This document shows positions 33,901 to 46,937 of a stretch of DNA of 64,000 nucleotides, piece after piece (the stretch's first letter is position 1; the number at the start of each line of letters is the position of its first letter). Under the pieces are notes generated by a model. That model was not told where the DNA came from, did no database searches, and was given only the letters and a program-made list of their open reading frames with translations. This DNA is from Catajapyx aquilonaris (lineage: Eukaryota), in NCBI GenBank assembly GCA_000934665.2, contig KZ538128.1:62001-126000 (forward strand), written 5' to 3'. The translations under genes and the position numbers were made by a program.

Positions 33901-36900
33901 TCACGAGCTAGTAAACGGAAGCATTTATGCAAAAACCTACTTCATAGGAAAGGCTATTAGGTTGCTAAATCACGCACGGTCGTGTTGAACATACAGGGTG
34001 TAACAGTTTTGCCACATGTACAATGGTACAATCATATACCATTCAAGTCACAGAAGTGCAGCCTGTCCATAACGGACACTGCTAGTCTCAGTGGAAACAT
34101 GACCACAACGGAATTGTTTCGTTCAAGGCAAGGTTCAGGGGGAGGATTTTCAGCAAACGGGAGTAACTTCTTGCAGCGAAAATTGTCCGTACTGAATAGA
34201 TTTCCATATACACAGGGTTTAATGCATAATGTTAAAATTGCAACTTCAGATCCTGCATAAAACGCTCCCTATAGGTTGCCTTTAAAAAAATAATTGCCTC
34301 GTGTGGCTTTCACGACCCCCATCTTCCCATTTTCCTCAGACTGCTGGACTTAGAAAAAATGAATTTACAAAGCGTATTTCCTTATCACAATGGGCAAGAG
34401 ATCAGTCTGCGTCTAACTGCAAGAATTCGAATCTAGAGCGATATGTACCAAAATAATATGAGGGAAAATCTCCGATTATGATTTAGTATTCTCAATACTT
34501 AAATACATCACACAATAATCAATACATAATTCGACATGTAATCGGAGATTTCATCCTTAATTTGAATTGACACAACCGCCCTAAATTTAGCACGCTCAGT
34601 TCTCTTGAAATTAAATTCAGTTTAAACTATTTTGTTATGAGCAAACAATTCAGGTTCATGACTACATCAGACATCACTGATGTTCAGGAGCCGCAATATT
34701 TTAACTACCCATGCAAAATGAGCTCCATCACTTCAAAATCTTGAACAAAAAAAAATCTCCCCTTCCTCCTGTTAAGTATACACCCTTAACATTACACGCC
34801 CATTATACCCAAAACCCCGTCTTTACAAGGCAATTGAGCTCGCTAATCAACCATAAAGCGTTGAAACGACCGGGCGCCAGCTTAACCTTGGTTCAAAAAA
34901 AACCGTGGGTTTTGGAAAGAGAACGTCCTCTCTTCGTGTCCAGATAGTCCAATATCAAGCGCCCACGATTTTCTCTCTTCCTCGAAACGAAATCCCGCCA
35001 CCTTCCTCCAACTTCCTCCTTGCCATTGCCCCTCATATCAAAAAGGTTGTTGTACTGAATTACGACTGCATTCCCACCAGTACGCGAGGGTATAGGATGC
35101 GGAATCAGAAAAAAAAGAACAAAGGTAGAGAGACTACGAGCGGTAAACATGTCACAAACAACAGGTCATCGGGTCACGCTCGGCGTTGCCAGATCGCGTT
35201 GGCACCTGTCCCCAAGAATACAGTGCAGGACCCCTAAATAAAGGAGAATTCGCCATTTGCACCGACCTTGGGGCACGTGAGCCAAGGCTACACATTCCAT
35301 GTCAACTCTTTTTTTTTCCGGGAAGGAGGGTTGTGGGGTGTGGAAGTGCACTTTTGCAAATATCGGCAAGTTATTGCAGGTGCAGCTAAATTAGGGTTAC
35401 TTCCTGAATTCACGCTCGAATTGAAACTGTCTGGGGGCCATCAAAGACTTTGCGGCGTACCTAAAAATCCTTCAGGAATATAATTTTAGCCCGCTCAGTA
35501 TTTTGGTACTTAAAAATCAGCCCGTCATTTCATGAACTTTACTAAAGGTTATTGACCAACCATAAAATCACCAAGCCGAGCATATGAGGTTCTTGTAAAT
35601 TGCTACCGGGTGTTTCACCCTGTGCTAGCCAATATAAACTGAGCGGTCGACTACGGAATTCCTTTTTGCTAATTGAAGCATTATTTGGAATGCCCTTGCC
35701 AGAAAAGGGAAGAAAGCTGCCAATAGTAAAATTTCTCCCTCAAATCAGAAAAAAATAAAAAATAAATGCAGTGTCAATATCTGATTGGAGAAAATTTTAA
35801 TATTAGCATTTTCCTTCCTTTCTTTCCCTCACTGTCTACACCACCAAAATCGAGAATGACATACGCTGAATCATTCAAATCTGCTCCCCCTCCTCCTCCT
35901 CGTCCTTACTAATCAACGTGCTCAGAAACTGTTGTTATTCTGTAACCCCCAATAATAACTCCAGCACAACTTCATAATCACATCAAACAACAGACTACGA
36001 AGCCAACACCACGAAACGCAACCTCTTAGCTAATTGGTCCAAGGTTACGACAGCGTCTGTGTTCTGTTTGCCGCTCCACAACTCTAGGACAATTCTAAAG
36101 ACACTTACGTTACACCCCGTGCATCCAACCCCCTTTTTCCTTATCCCTCCTTCCCTAATATATCGTTATTTCTAACTTGGCTGCCATCCTCTTCCGCTTG
36201 GAAGCCAGAAGAAAAGTTCAGGTTCTTTGCCAACTGATGCTGAGGGCCAGACACGGCAAAAAAAAAAAAAATCAAATGGGCTGTAGGCGGAAAGCAGGCA
36301 AACTTTGACCTCAGATCCTTAAAAATGGAGGTCCACAATCGCAGCGATGAAATATCATCTCACCCTTCTTTTTTAGAAAGGCGTTGGTCACAACTCAAAA
36401 CGTATCTTCCTCTTTTCACCATCAGTTGGCACATCACCAACAACACCCCCGCCTCCTCCCCCGTCCCTCCCTCTCCCCCCTACCCACCCCACACCTGCAG
36501 CCAAAAATGCTGAAGGGGGAGAGGTAAGGGGGCACAAGAATGACGCACGACGCCACGTCACCGTCGCCCCGCATTGCTCACACGAACAAATTTGGGACAT
36601 CTAAACACACAGATATGTGCACTTCCGGGGAGAGAAGGCAATGGGTGGGGAGGAGGGGAAGGAGGTGAAGTATTGGTCCAGAAGCGTCGTTGACAGAACC
36701 CAGCTGACAATGTTTGAATTTGATTGGCGCGCTTTGCACATTGGCCAGGGGAAATTATTGTGTGGTCAGAATCAGTGAGAAGGGATCTGACATAAGCGTC
36801 GTCAGGTATTGTGATATTTATACCGTCATTTGTCAACGCAGCCATTATACAATGTCCGGGTGCATGGGAAGAAACCGGAAGGGGCACAACAATTCCGGTC

Positions 36901-38299
36901 AGGTAGACAGAATGATGGTTTGAAAAAAATGATGGCAGGCATTGACATCGGAACATGTCAGATTAAGCATTCACAGGTGGTCCAATCCATTGCTCGTCGG
37001 GTTTAGGACAGGATTGCAAATCAGACCTAATAAAATCATCCCCTGTGGAGTTCACCCACCTATATAAGAAGCCAGATGCAACATCATCAGGCATCAAAGA
37101 TCACCCTGTACAGGGCAACGATCCCATTAATACCACACCAAATGCAGTCCCACTATCTAGTATTTATAATAGACCCGATCTATTGGGAAGAGTGCGGCAC
37201 CGACATGAATGTGTCAAGGCTCGTTATAACAACCATTTCTTTTCCCAAACATCTTCTGTGGCGAAGCTGCTGCTAAAGCTCGCTTAGGAAAAAGACGTAG
37301 TAGCTCTGTGAACGTACCTTTTACCGGGTCATATCGCACCGGTCGGGACCGGTATTCGTGAAGGTGTAAATCGCAGGTCAACTGCCCGCCTGAATGAAAG
37401 GTGTGGTGACTTCCGACGAGCATGCCGCCGGTATTAATCTTATACAGGTATACTAACTTGACTCAATAACATGCGGAACTTTTACTGAATGAACAAACTT
37501 CGGCTGAAGCCGGTGTAACAGGGTGAAGTTACACTGTAAAAGATAGCGTGCCACTTTCTTCTGGGCAAGGGTTGTTCCCCGCTGTGCAAACAGAAATGCA
37601 TAATAAATGCTCCGGTATAATTCATGGACTCTAAAATGTGACAAACCTATGCAGTAAAAATAATTTATCGATAACGCGAATGTTTGCATGGGGCTTGTGC
37701 AGCCTGTAATAAAACATCTTCATACATTACTCAGCAAGAAGCATTAAATCATGATAATTGACACCTCTCTCCAAGTTGGTACAATATTTCCAAAACGCGT
37801 TCTAATGCTATCAGCCACTAAAAACACGAATATTAATCCCAAGCCGTCAGGTGTATCGTGTAGTTCTTCGCATATAATGCAACACTATTGGAATAGCAAA
37901 TTCCCAAGGCCCGACCCTTATGTGGCTGTTACATCACTTTGCATTACTTCGGAATTTCCCTGTTAACACTCTAAATTACTCTAGTGCTAATTTGACAAAA
38001 CCGTTAAATATATGTTTATAAATGTTGCGTGGTTCACTGAATCGCTTTGCATGCTGAATACAAGCACGCCTCGTTGTAAGCAATCTAACTTCTACGTCTA
38101 CAGCGTACAGAACACCTGTGCTTTATCATTCCGAGCACTTCTAGAAGGAACAGTAAATCTAGTTAGTGGCCATTAAGATTCGAACACCGTCTTTCAGCCA
38201 TTTACAACAACTTGCGCCCAAGCCGCTGTCAGTATTTTGAATACCGCATTTTGTAAGAAACCGCTACCGGTGATCGCATCCTCTCTCCTCTTCATTCTT

Positions 38300-39600
38300 T
38301 ATTCTTGCTCTACACGCAACACTCCGACAGTGCCCGCGAGGTCCCCCGTGCGGAAAGACGTGTCCATCCCCGCTCTTGTCCGAGCCGATAGCTCCAAGAA
38401 ATGCAGTCGACTCCTCGAAGTCTATAATCCGGCGAGGCCATGAGGAAGAAGTCTGTGGGCAAAACCTGGCAGTCTTGCCTTTTCTCCAAATAAACTTCAC
38501 CCCCCCCCCCTCCCCCTCCCTCCCTGTCGCTCCGCAACCACCACAATCCGCACGAGTCCTCGCTCCTCACCCCATTCCTTCAGTATGAGTCCGCCATGTC
38601 TACCATCAGGGATTTTTTTTCACCTCCTTTTTCTTTTTCGTTTCTTTTTCACAAATGGTGGTTACCTTGACAGTGCCTGCAGTGCGGAACAGGAGCTGTC
38701 GTGTCCGGTCCAGGGCTGGGGGGTAAGTCCAGCGACACTGCGCTGACCGGCATCTCGCCACCCCTCCTCGGGCCTCCTCTCTCACCGATGACGCCACCGA
38801 CACCACCGACGCCACCGACGCCACATCGCCACCCGCGCACCGGTCACCGACGCTAAACAACTGATCCCGTCTTGATCCCTCCGTTGTGTGGTCCCCTATT
38901 TTTTGCTTCTGGCTTTCAAGTGACGGCCATCAGGTGACGAATGGTCCCGGAATGAGTTTTTTGATATGGGGGAATGGGAAGGGAAGGGAAGGAATGGGGG
39001 GATGGGTGAAAAAAGGGGGGGGTGGAGGAGCCTGTCCCTTGTCGACGACTCTCACCAGCACCCGCGCCCCCTCTGACACCACGTCTGTTGGTTGCCGATG
39101 GCCCCGTGGCCTCTCGGGGTGTCTCGGCAGCAGCCGTCGGTGCTCGTGGCAGTTGTTCCGTCTTTTTTTCTTTTTTTCCTTCCTCTTCTTTTCTAACTAA
39201 CTGTCGGGCATGTGGCCAAGAACGCCGAGTATAGCGGCGCCGCAATGGCGACGCCAGAGGCTCGCAGGGTGGGGTGGTGGGTGTAAGGCGCTCTCTCCCC
39301 GGGACGCGCGCGAATCCTTCTGATTCGACGCTGCGCTCATGTCACTGACACGTCAGCGGACGGTACACTCCGGCCGGGTTCTCCGTCAGTGGTGCCCAGT
39401 CCATCCTGGACATGTCGGCCGCCATGTTGGTGCCAATTCGATGCGGTGCATGCGCACTACGCGCAAAACGGTCAGCAATTCTGTAGTAATGTCTGAATGA
39501 AGCTATGTAATTATCCGGATATTTTACAGACACATTTTTTGGCTCACCACTAGCCACGAGCTGTGACGTGACGTCAATTAAACGATCCGTAAAACCTAGA
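38300..39600 (-). promoter_or_regulatory. GC/CpG-rich block, candidate distal Mrtf promoter and 5' UTR
   Basis: Visibly CpG-rich compared with its flanks. YY1/Pho-like AACATGGCGGC at ~39418-39428 (minus strand) and CRE palindrome TGACGTCA at 39569-39576. Confidence 0.35.
38666..38753 (-). CDS. Mrtf: Candidate distal first coding exon of a long Mrtf isoform (MPVSAVSLDLPPSPGPDTTAPVPHCRHCQ)
   Basis: ATG at 38753 and donor CAAG|GTAACC. The 88 nt give phase 1, joining exon 20916 as HCRHCQESRFT. Lies in a GC/CpG-rich block. Confidence 0.5.
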
Positions 39601-41671
39601 GTGGCTGAGCCATGCCCAGAACTATATCAAGAACTTGTATCAACATCAAAAAAGAAATCTCCTATTATGTATAAGACTTCACAATCCACCATCCAAGATT
39701 TTCTCTTAAATTGTGTTGATACAACAGGCCCTTAGACTAACGTTGCACTATACTTTAGAAGGGTGCTTAAAAAAGTCGTTACCATTCTGCCGTCCCATTC
39801 GCTTCTTGAATCGCTTTCCTAACCGCCTGTGTCGCCCAACTTCCATCCGACTTCAAAAATCTCCCGTCAGTTTGCATTCCGGCCCGAAGTGCCGGCATCC
39901 CCCCCCCCCCCCCCCAAANAAAACAACTCTAAACTTGGTCCACGACTCTTTTTTTCCCCTTTTGCCAGCACCCTCACTCCCCCGAAAGCTTAATGTCAGC
40001 ATTACACTAATCTCAAATAGAACTGCAAGCTATGCCACCTATTTACCACAGTTTCCGGCAAACCCCAGCCACTTCCTCTCCCCTCCCGCTCTCCAGATAT
40101 CACTTCCAGAATAACCACCCCTGTACCCCAGCCTGTGACCTCCTGGAATGACACGGTCCCAGGAAGCTGTGCAAAACTGGGTCAACAGATGACTGACTGG
40201 GACCACGTGTTCCTTTGTTTGCTTCTCTTATATAAGCATGGGAGTGCGGGTGTTTTCTTCTCTCTCCCTCCGTTTTTTTTCTTAAAAGAATACCGGAAGG
40301 AAGAGGTTTCGGAGCACTCCAGCCCTCCCCAATCAACACAAAATTGGCCTGGATACAAAGAGTGACAAGACTTGAAGGGAAATGACATAGGGTTGTCCCA
40401 GTGACCGAGCTGGCGTCCCGCCGCGCCGCCAGGTAACGCGTCGCCGCCGTCGCTGGCAACCTCCTATCGAATGACAATCGCTGACTTCAAAGGGGTTGGG
40501 GGGAGGTAGAGATTGGGGGCGGGGGTTGTCCTAGCCAAGTGGGACACAACAGAGTTGACGAGATAGTTAGACATCCACTGCATCCGTCTGCCTTCTGGAG
40601 AAGGGCGAACTGGTGGCCAGTGCCATCTGTTGTCGATGTGTCTTTTGGAGAGATTGTCACTTCCTCGAATTGGACGGGGGGAAAAGTGCTGATGAGATAT
40701 CTCAGTCAAAAGTCATTATGACGGTACACGCAGATAACAGATATACCAATGGCCATTAAACACTTGTGCTGGAGAAAGCACAGTCCAACGATATGGAATT
40801 GCAACTATGCTGTCTTAGAATGCATTCCTTACACTGCATTCTTCCGAGAATCTTTAAAATTCCTTCTTCAGCAAGGATGTTTTCAAATTGCTATCGGAAG
40901 AAGGGAGTGAGTGATAAAAAGCGGGAGCAAAAATTGCAAGCCCAACCTTGGGCTCCAGGACTTAACTGGAGCTGGGGAATTGTTCGTGTGAATCCAACAA
41001 CCTGCGTAACGTCTTGGCGAGTGTCCCACTCCTGTTTCCACGCACGCAGAATAAGACCGACTAAGACCACAAGTCAAAAATAATTACAAAATGCTGACAA
41101 ATGCTCACATGTTTTGTCTTTTTCGTAGCCCGTCACGTCTATAAAAATTACACATGAAAGTGCCTTGTCCTCCCACTCAGACAAAGCGAGCTATACTGTA
41201 CCGCAAGTTTCTTTGGCCGTCCTCAGCCATAACACAAACACCTGCAGTCACATCCTTGTACTTATTCTAATTTTAACACAATTGACAAAACTAACCCTAA
41301 AACGCTTTGAGCTCATGCTCTTTCGATAAGATAAGGAAGTGGTCTCGTTCAAAATGGGGCACATAACCGTGGCTGTAATACTATTTATGGGCAGAGTGAT
41401 ACTAGAACTTAAACGACGTCCATAAACCTCAGTCAGAGCTGTAATTATATCTGTTAAAATCATTTAGCCCATTTTTGTGTACTGAAATAAATAAATACGA
41501 GTAAATAAAACACGTTGGTCGGTAGATACTCCGCAAATCTTCACACACCATCGCGTCGGGATAATTATTACTCCTGATGGTTCCGACAAATCCGTATAAT
41601 CACCCAGACTGAACCTATATACTCTCCCAAGTTATCTCCCTCAAGCATATCCGCATCATATACTCCGCAGT

Positions 41672-41830
41672 ACAGTACTTTACAAGGTGTAGTTCGGGAC
41701 TTCAAAAGCAAAGTACAGCCTAATAACCAGCCATCAGTACATGACTCGAATTTCGAGTCATGTACTGATGGCCGGTTATTATGCTGTACTTTGCTTTTGA
41801 AGTCCCGAACTACACCTTGTAAAGTACTGT
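41672..41830. repeat. 159-bp near-perfect palindrome
   Basis: ACAGTACTTTACAAGGTGTAGTTCGGGACTTCAAAAGC...CATGACTCGAA is mirrored by TTCGAGTCATG...GCTTTTGAAGTCCCGAACTACACCTTGTAAAGTACTGT with essentially no loop. Confidence 0.9.
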
Positions 41831-44800
41831 CGAGTCTCGAATTATGTAAAATTTCCAAGAAACTTTGAAAACACCTTACCGCCTTCTCTCAGAACACTCA
41901 AGGCACGCGAAAAACTATCCAGCAAATCGGAGAGCTCACGTTTTTCTTCTAGAATTTCCGGTGATTTTACTGGCCTACAACAATAACGTTCCAGTCATAT
42001 TTATTCCTCCCATCTACAGCTCTGACGGCATCAGGCATCCTGTTTTCTCAAGAATCCGGTTCCAGTTCTATATGGATGAAAAAATTTTTACGGCTCCAAA
42101 ATTAAAACTGTTGACAAAAATACAACTTTGACAACAGCATTATTTCATGCCTGCCTTGCAATACTGGCAATTCTTTCTCAACACGCGGACAGGCAGTGAA
42201 TTTTATGCATTTCCATCATCGGGGTTTCCGCATTTCCGCATTGCCCAAGGTCAAGGCACATGCGGGCAGTCCTTTATCCTAAACCATTATGCAACCTACG
42301 CCCTCCCCTTCCCAGCAGAGCCGCGTGCTTTCAGGCGCAGTGTTTTTACTATCTAGCATTCTAGCTAGAGCGAGATATATCCTCACGATTTTTCTTACTG
42401 TTGATATTTGTTATAATGTCAGGGTATAGATAGTGCCGCCATTTCTAATATCGCTGCTGATCTGACAAAGAGATTAACTTATATGAAGTAATAATTTTCT
42501 CAAAAGAGCATCAAGATTCAGAAATGCGTGCAAAATAAATCTGACGCCCATTTGATATAGTTTCCTCCCACACAAAGGCTCAGGACTGTTATAAGACCTT
42601 ACTGAATCCAATTCAACGCCCTTCTGCCAGATCAGCAAAGATATAGGTCTTTGTGAAGAACGGAGAGTTCTAAAATGTAATGTTGCTTGTAGCAGTAACC
42701 ATGAGATCATAAGAAAAGATTCTTCATACACAATGCGTCAATGCCATCCCAATTGGCAGCGTTAAGGATATTCATTACACCTTAATGGGTGTTTTTAAAA
42801 ATCAGGTGAAGCGAAGACGAAAATATATCTAAGGCTCGCTCTACTTAGCCATTTAATGACTGCGGTCTGCATTACTTTTTCCCGCATTTCAGGAAAGGCC
42901 GCAGTTTTTTTTTTCGCGTCTTTTCACACACCGTGGCCAACCGAGGGTAATTCCGCTGGGCGCAGTACCATGAGGGCGGTTATGGGTTTGTGTGCCCAAA
43001 ACTTGAGAGCATGGCTTTCTTGAAGAGACGCAACAAAGAAGGTCTCCCAGGCCTGAATGTGTTCTGCGTTTAGGAAACCTTATCCTCTCACAAGACAGAA
43101 GCCAACACTGCCCTAAGGTGAACCCAAGTGGTCACAAGTAATATTGCATATGTGAGAGGTCTACGAAACAACTCAGAATAACATACACATGATGTCATTG
43201 TGACAGGCCACCAGCAGCAAAACATAGTGTGATACTACTTCTCACCATTGACAATCAGTTCCAGGGCACCAAACAAAAATAATCCCACTGTAGGCTTTGT
43301 GGGCCCAGAAAGGGGAGGTAACTTCTAGAGAGTTGCTTTTTCTTTGAGCGTGCCATTTAGTTAAAAAATAACTGGCAGCCAGAATCTATGATTCTAGATT
43401 TAGACCTCGATCATTCTATGTCTCCTAATTCGAACGTGAAATGAGTCACCCACCGCCGAACGAAGCAATGGCAGTGGCGTTGGGGGTACGGGAAATGGAT
43501 GATTCGCCAAAAACCCAGCGTCGGCGGTTGCAAGTGGTTCCGAGGCGTCTAGTAACACGTTCCAACTGTCTTGACGTTCCGCCCTATCGGGGCCTCCGCC
43601 CCTACCAGCCCCCACTCACCCCCAATATATATTCACCCCATTTGATTAATCGTCTCCAAAGCCATCCCCTGGCACCGCGTGTCTCTTGGCAATGGTCACC
43701 ATCTCTGGGATTTGCCAGCACAGTTGACCTTCCGTCGACCCCCACTAGGACCTTGGAGTGCCCTCTTAGCGGACGATATTGTATTGTTCGCTTAAAGGTG
43801 GAGGAGTCGGGCTGGTAGTGAGGCAAGCCAGCAATTTCTGTCAACACCGACAGACGGTATAGACCGAATGTATGGGGCACTAAACCGGCGCTACGAACTC
43901 CGGGGTCCAGGCGGGAGATATGGAGCTATACTTACTTTTTGGCAAAATCCGGGTGAAGGTTATTCACATCGCAGCTGCATGAGAGCTACTTCGAAAATTC
44001 AGCGAGGGTCAAAATTCTTCCACACCCGAACCGCATCTCAGCTCCTGCAAATATGCCAGCCCACATTTGCGCATATATATCTACACTGCTGGCTAAACAT
44101 AAGGACAGTCTCACCTGATATACGAGGCATTTGTTGCTCGTTAACAAACAAAAAGAAGAAAGAGGGGGGGGAAATGGTAGCTCTGCAGCTGGTCCGTACT
44201 TGTACCCATTCTTCTCAAAAGTCTCCAAATGTATACAGTATATATCATATGCCTCGTTATTGCCTGATACTATTGAAAATACCGGTCTCTTACAAACTAT
44301 ACATATGATTACCCCGCACGTCAGAGTAGACCAAAAGGAAGAGACGAGGTCCAAATGAGAATAGCCATCTTTTTGCCAAGCGAGCATCGCAGAATGGGAG
44401 ACGAACGTTGTCATAAAAAGAGTTACGAGCCTCCTGCCACTGGACAGGGTACAAGTCACGTAACCCTCCCTTCCCATGTTATATACCGCAGTGCATTTTC
44501 ATGACCCCATCATTTCTGATTGTGGGATCTGCCGCCAGGGTCGTTGACCACTGGCGGGGAGGAGGAAAGTAGAAAATATATAGGATGTATCTGGCACACT
44601 GTGGCATAGGCCGCGAACGAGCTCTGGCGTCAGCCTTTATAGCCTTTAGTTTCCTGCAACATGATTATAGGCATCGTCAACATCCTCTGTGTACATGCAA
44701 GAGTACAGCTGGTTGTGGTTGATGTATTGGTTCCATCATATGTTTTATGCAGAATTAAGAAATAAGCCCCAACAATCCTCTGATTTCTCTGATACATCCA

Positions 44801-45239
44801 AATCAAAAAGTTCATTCCCAGCACCCAGCTAGAACTCACTGAATCATGAAGCAACTGTATGCGGGCTGCTTATTGACACGTGCCCTTCTTACCGTCCCAC
44901 TACTTTGCGGTTGCCCGCCATTAATCTTTTCTTTTTTTTTAATGCCAATACACTCCCTCCCTTCCCGACCCAACAATGAAAAAAAAAACACATTCACTTG
45001 GCTTTGGAAATTCGTAACCGGCTGGAATGTCATGTGCATAAAAAATTTGGCAACGACATTTTTATTTTATCATGTTGCCGGTAGCGTGGAAGTTATTTGT
45101 GTGTTCTTCGTGGAAATGTTCGCTATACAGGGTACCATGTGCCCTAGATTAAAATTTCTTAGTAACCTAAGTGAAACAGATTTACATAATAGTAATCATC
45201 CTACGAGATCACTATATGTAACATAACTGATGCAGTCAG

Positions 45240-45400
45240 AACTACTTAATGATGAATCAGATTATTCGCCGAGATGTCCTGAATTCGATTCTCGGAGCCT
45301 GCTAACCTGGCCATGGTTATCTTTGTGTTTCCTTGGACAATTCCAAGGAGAATGCTGTGATAGTTCCCGACGCGACGTTAGACGCAGCCACTTCCTTTCT
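45240..45400 (+). mobile_element. Possible degenerate tRNA-derived SINE
   Basis: B-box-like GAATTCGATTCTC followed by a GTTTCC...TCCAAGGAGAATGCTGTGATAGTTCC...CACTTCCTTTC body. No TSD was identified. Confidence 0.3.
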
Positions 45401-46735
45401 TTGTCGGTGGAAAAAATATGACAACATTATTGTTGTTTACATGGTGGTATTCACAGAAGTAAATGACACACAAGAACTGCTGTACTGTATTAATATTTTA
45501 CGTAATTTTGTTAACTTTGACTATTTGTGGGACCATTTAATATATCGCACGTGTAAGGTACAGTAAAATGCACGACTTTTTCCGATCGTAATGATCAAAA
45601 TGCTTGTAAATGTAAATCCATTTCACTGAAACACTTCTCTAGCTCAACGAACGATAATAGCGCCTTACAAAAATTCTGCAAAGGTGCACACAGTACATCT
45701 GTCCATCTGACAGGTATATTTACTATATGTTCGGGTTTTAATAAATCTCCCATGAGAAATGTTAGTGCCTAAGTTCATTCCCAAAATTGAAGAGAAAGAT
45801 TAGTCGTTTGCGGCGTGGGTGCACTTCCCTTCCCCGGGTGAGGACCTTATCCAAACATTTCGCGAGCCACTTAACCATCTCTTCACATTATGCAATTTGA
45901 GATACTGAAACTGGAGGATGATGTCGACGTACAGGCTAGCATATAGACTGCCTCCTAGAACCACATGCCCAGCATACAAGCATACACTGAAAATTTACAA
46001 CACATAAATATATACATGCAGATGCATAAAAACCTGCACATAGCAAATTAACTACTTATGCAATATGAATTATTTTGATAAAATTATTCGAGCGTTTTAT
46101 TCACGTATAGGGCCGGCTCTATGAACACGAGTTAAGGTTAACTACGGTGTTAGTTTATATGTAAACAAAAGCCAACTTCGCAGTTAACATTAACTCATGT
46201 GCATAAAACCGGCCCTTAGTTCTACGGTGTCGCCCATTGTGAATAAATATATGCAGAGCAGCAAATTCCTTTATCGAATGAACGATGAGGCGAGGACGTC
46301 TCGACATTTAAACGTTCAGCGCCGACAGTTCTGTAGGACACGTGTCGGACTCTCAGGACCAGGAAATGTGTTCGAGACTTACAGTCTATAACAGTCCGAG
46401 GTTAGGTAGGCTGAATGAAAAGTCCGGAATGCTGGGTGGTGGTGTAGAATAGAAAGGGAGAACGGAGGTGTGGTGGGTGTAAATGAAGGCTGTAAGTGGG
46501 ATTAGACATTAGAATGATACGATGGCAGAATTATGATTTTTCCGCTTATTTTTCATTACGTTGTTGAAAGTTAATATTTTAAAGTTCATAACTTAGGCGT
46601 AAGTTTCTGTCAACATAGGAAATTGGTTTAAATTACAATTGCGAATTAATTCATACTGCAGAATATACCCTATTATTCATTATTGTACATTACTTGGTGG
46701 CCTCGAGATTTCCTCTGAATACTCGAACTAATATA

Positions 46736-46937
46736 CGGGGTGTTCCAGATTCGTGGGTCACTTTTTTATAACCGATATTGCCCGACAGCAGTTATTTTTT
46801 TGTAGTTTGTTGTGCCCCTAACCATGTGACTATAGCAGGTGCTTTAGAATGGCTAGCGGCACAACAAGCTACAAAAAATAACTGATATCGGGCGATATCA
46901 GTTATCAAAAAGTGACCCACGAATCTGGAACACCCTG
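46736..46937. mobile_element. Small foldback Tc1/mariner-type MITE
   Basis: TA|CGGGGTGTTCCAGATTCGTGGGTCACTTTTT... is mirrored by ...AAAAAGTGACCCACGAATCTGGAACACCCTG, with ~90-bp arms. The right-hand TA is not retained. Confidence 0.8.

Noticed and set aside
43400..45230. Several 90-163 aa ORFs on both strands
   Set aside because: No domain signatures or consistent exon chain; consistent with chance ORFs in non-coding DNA.
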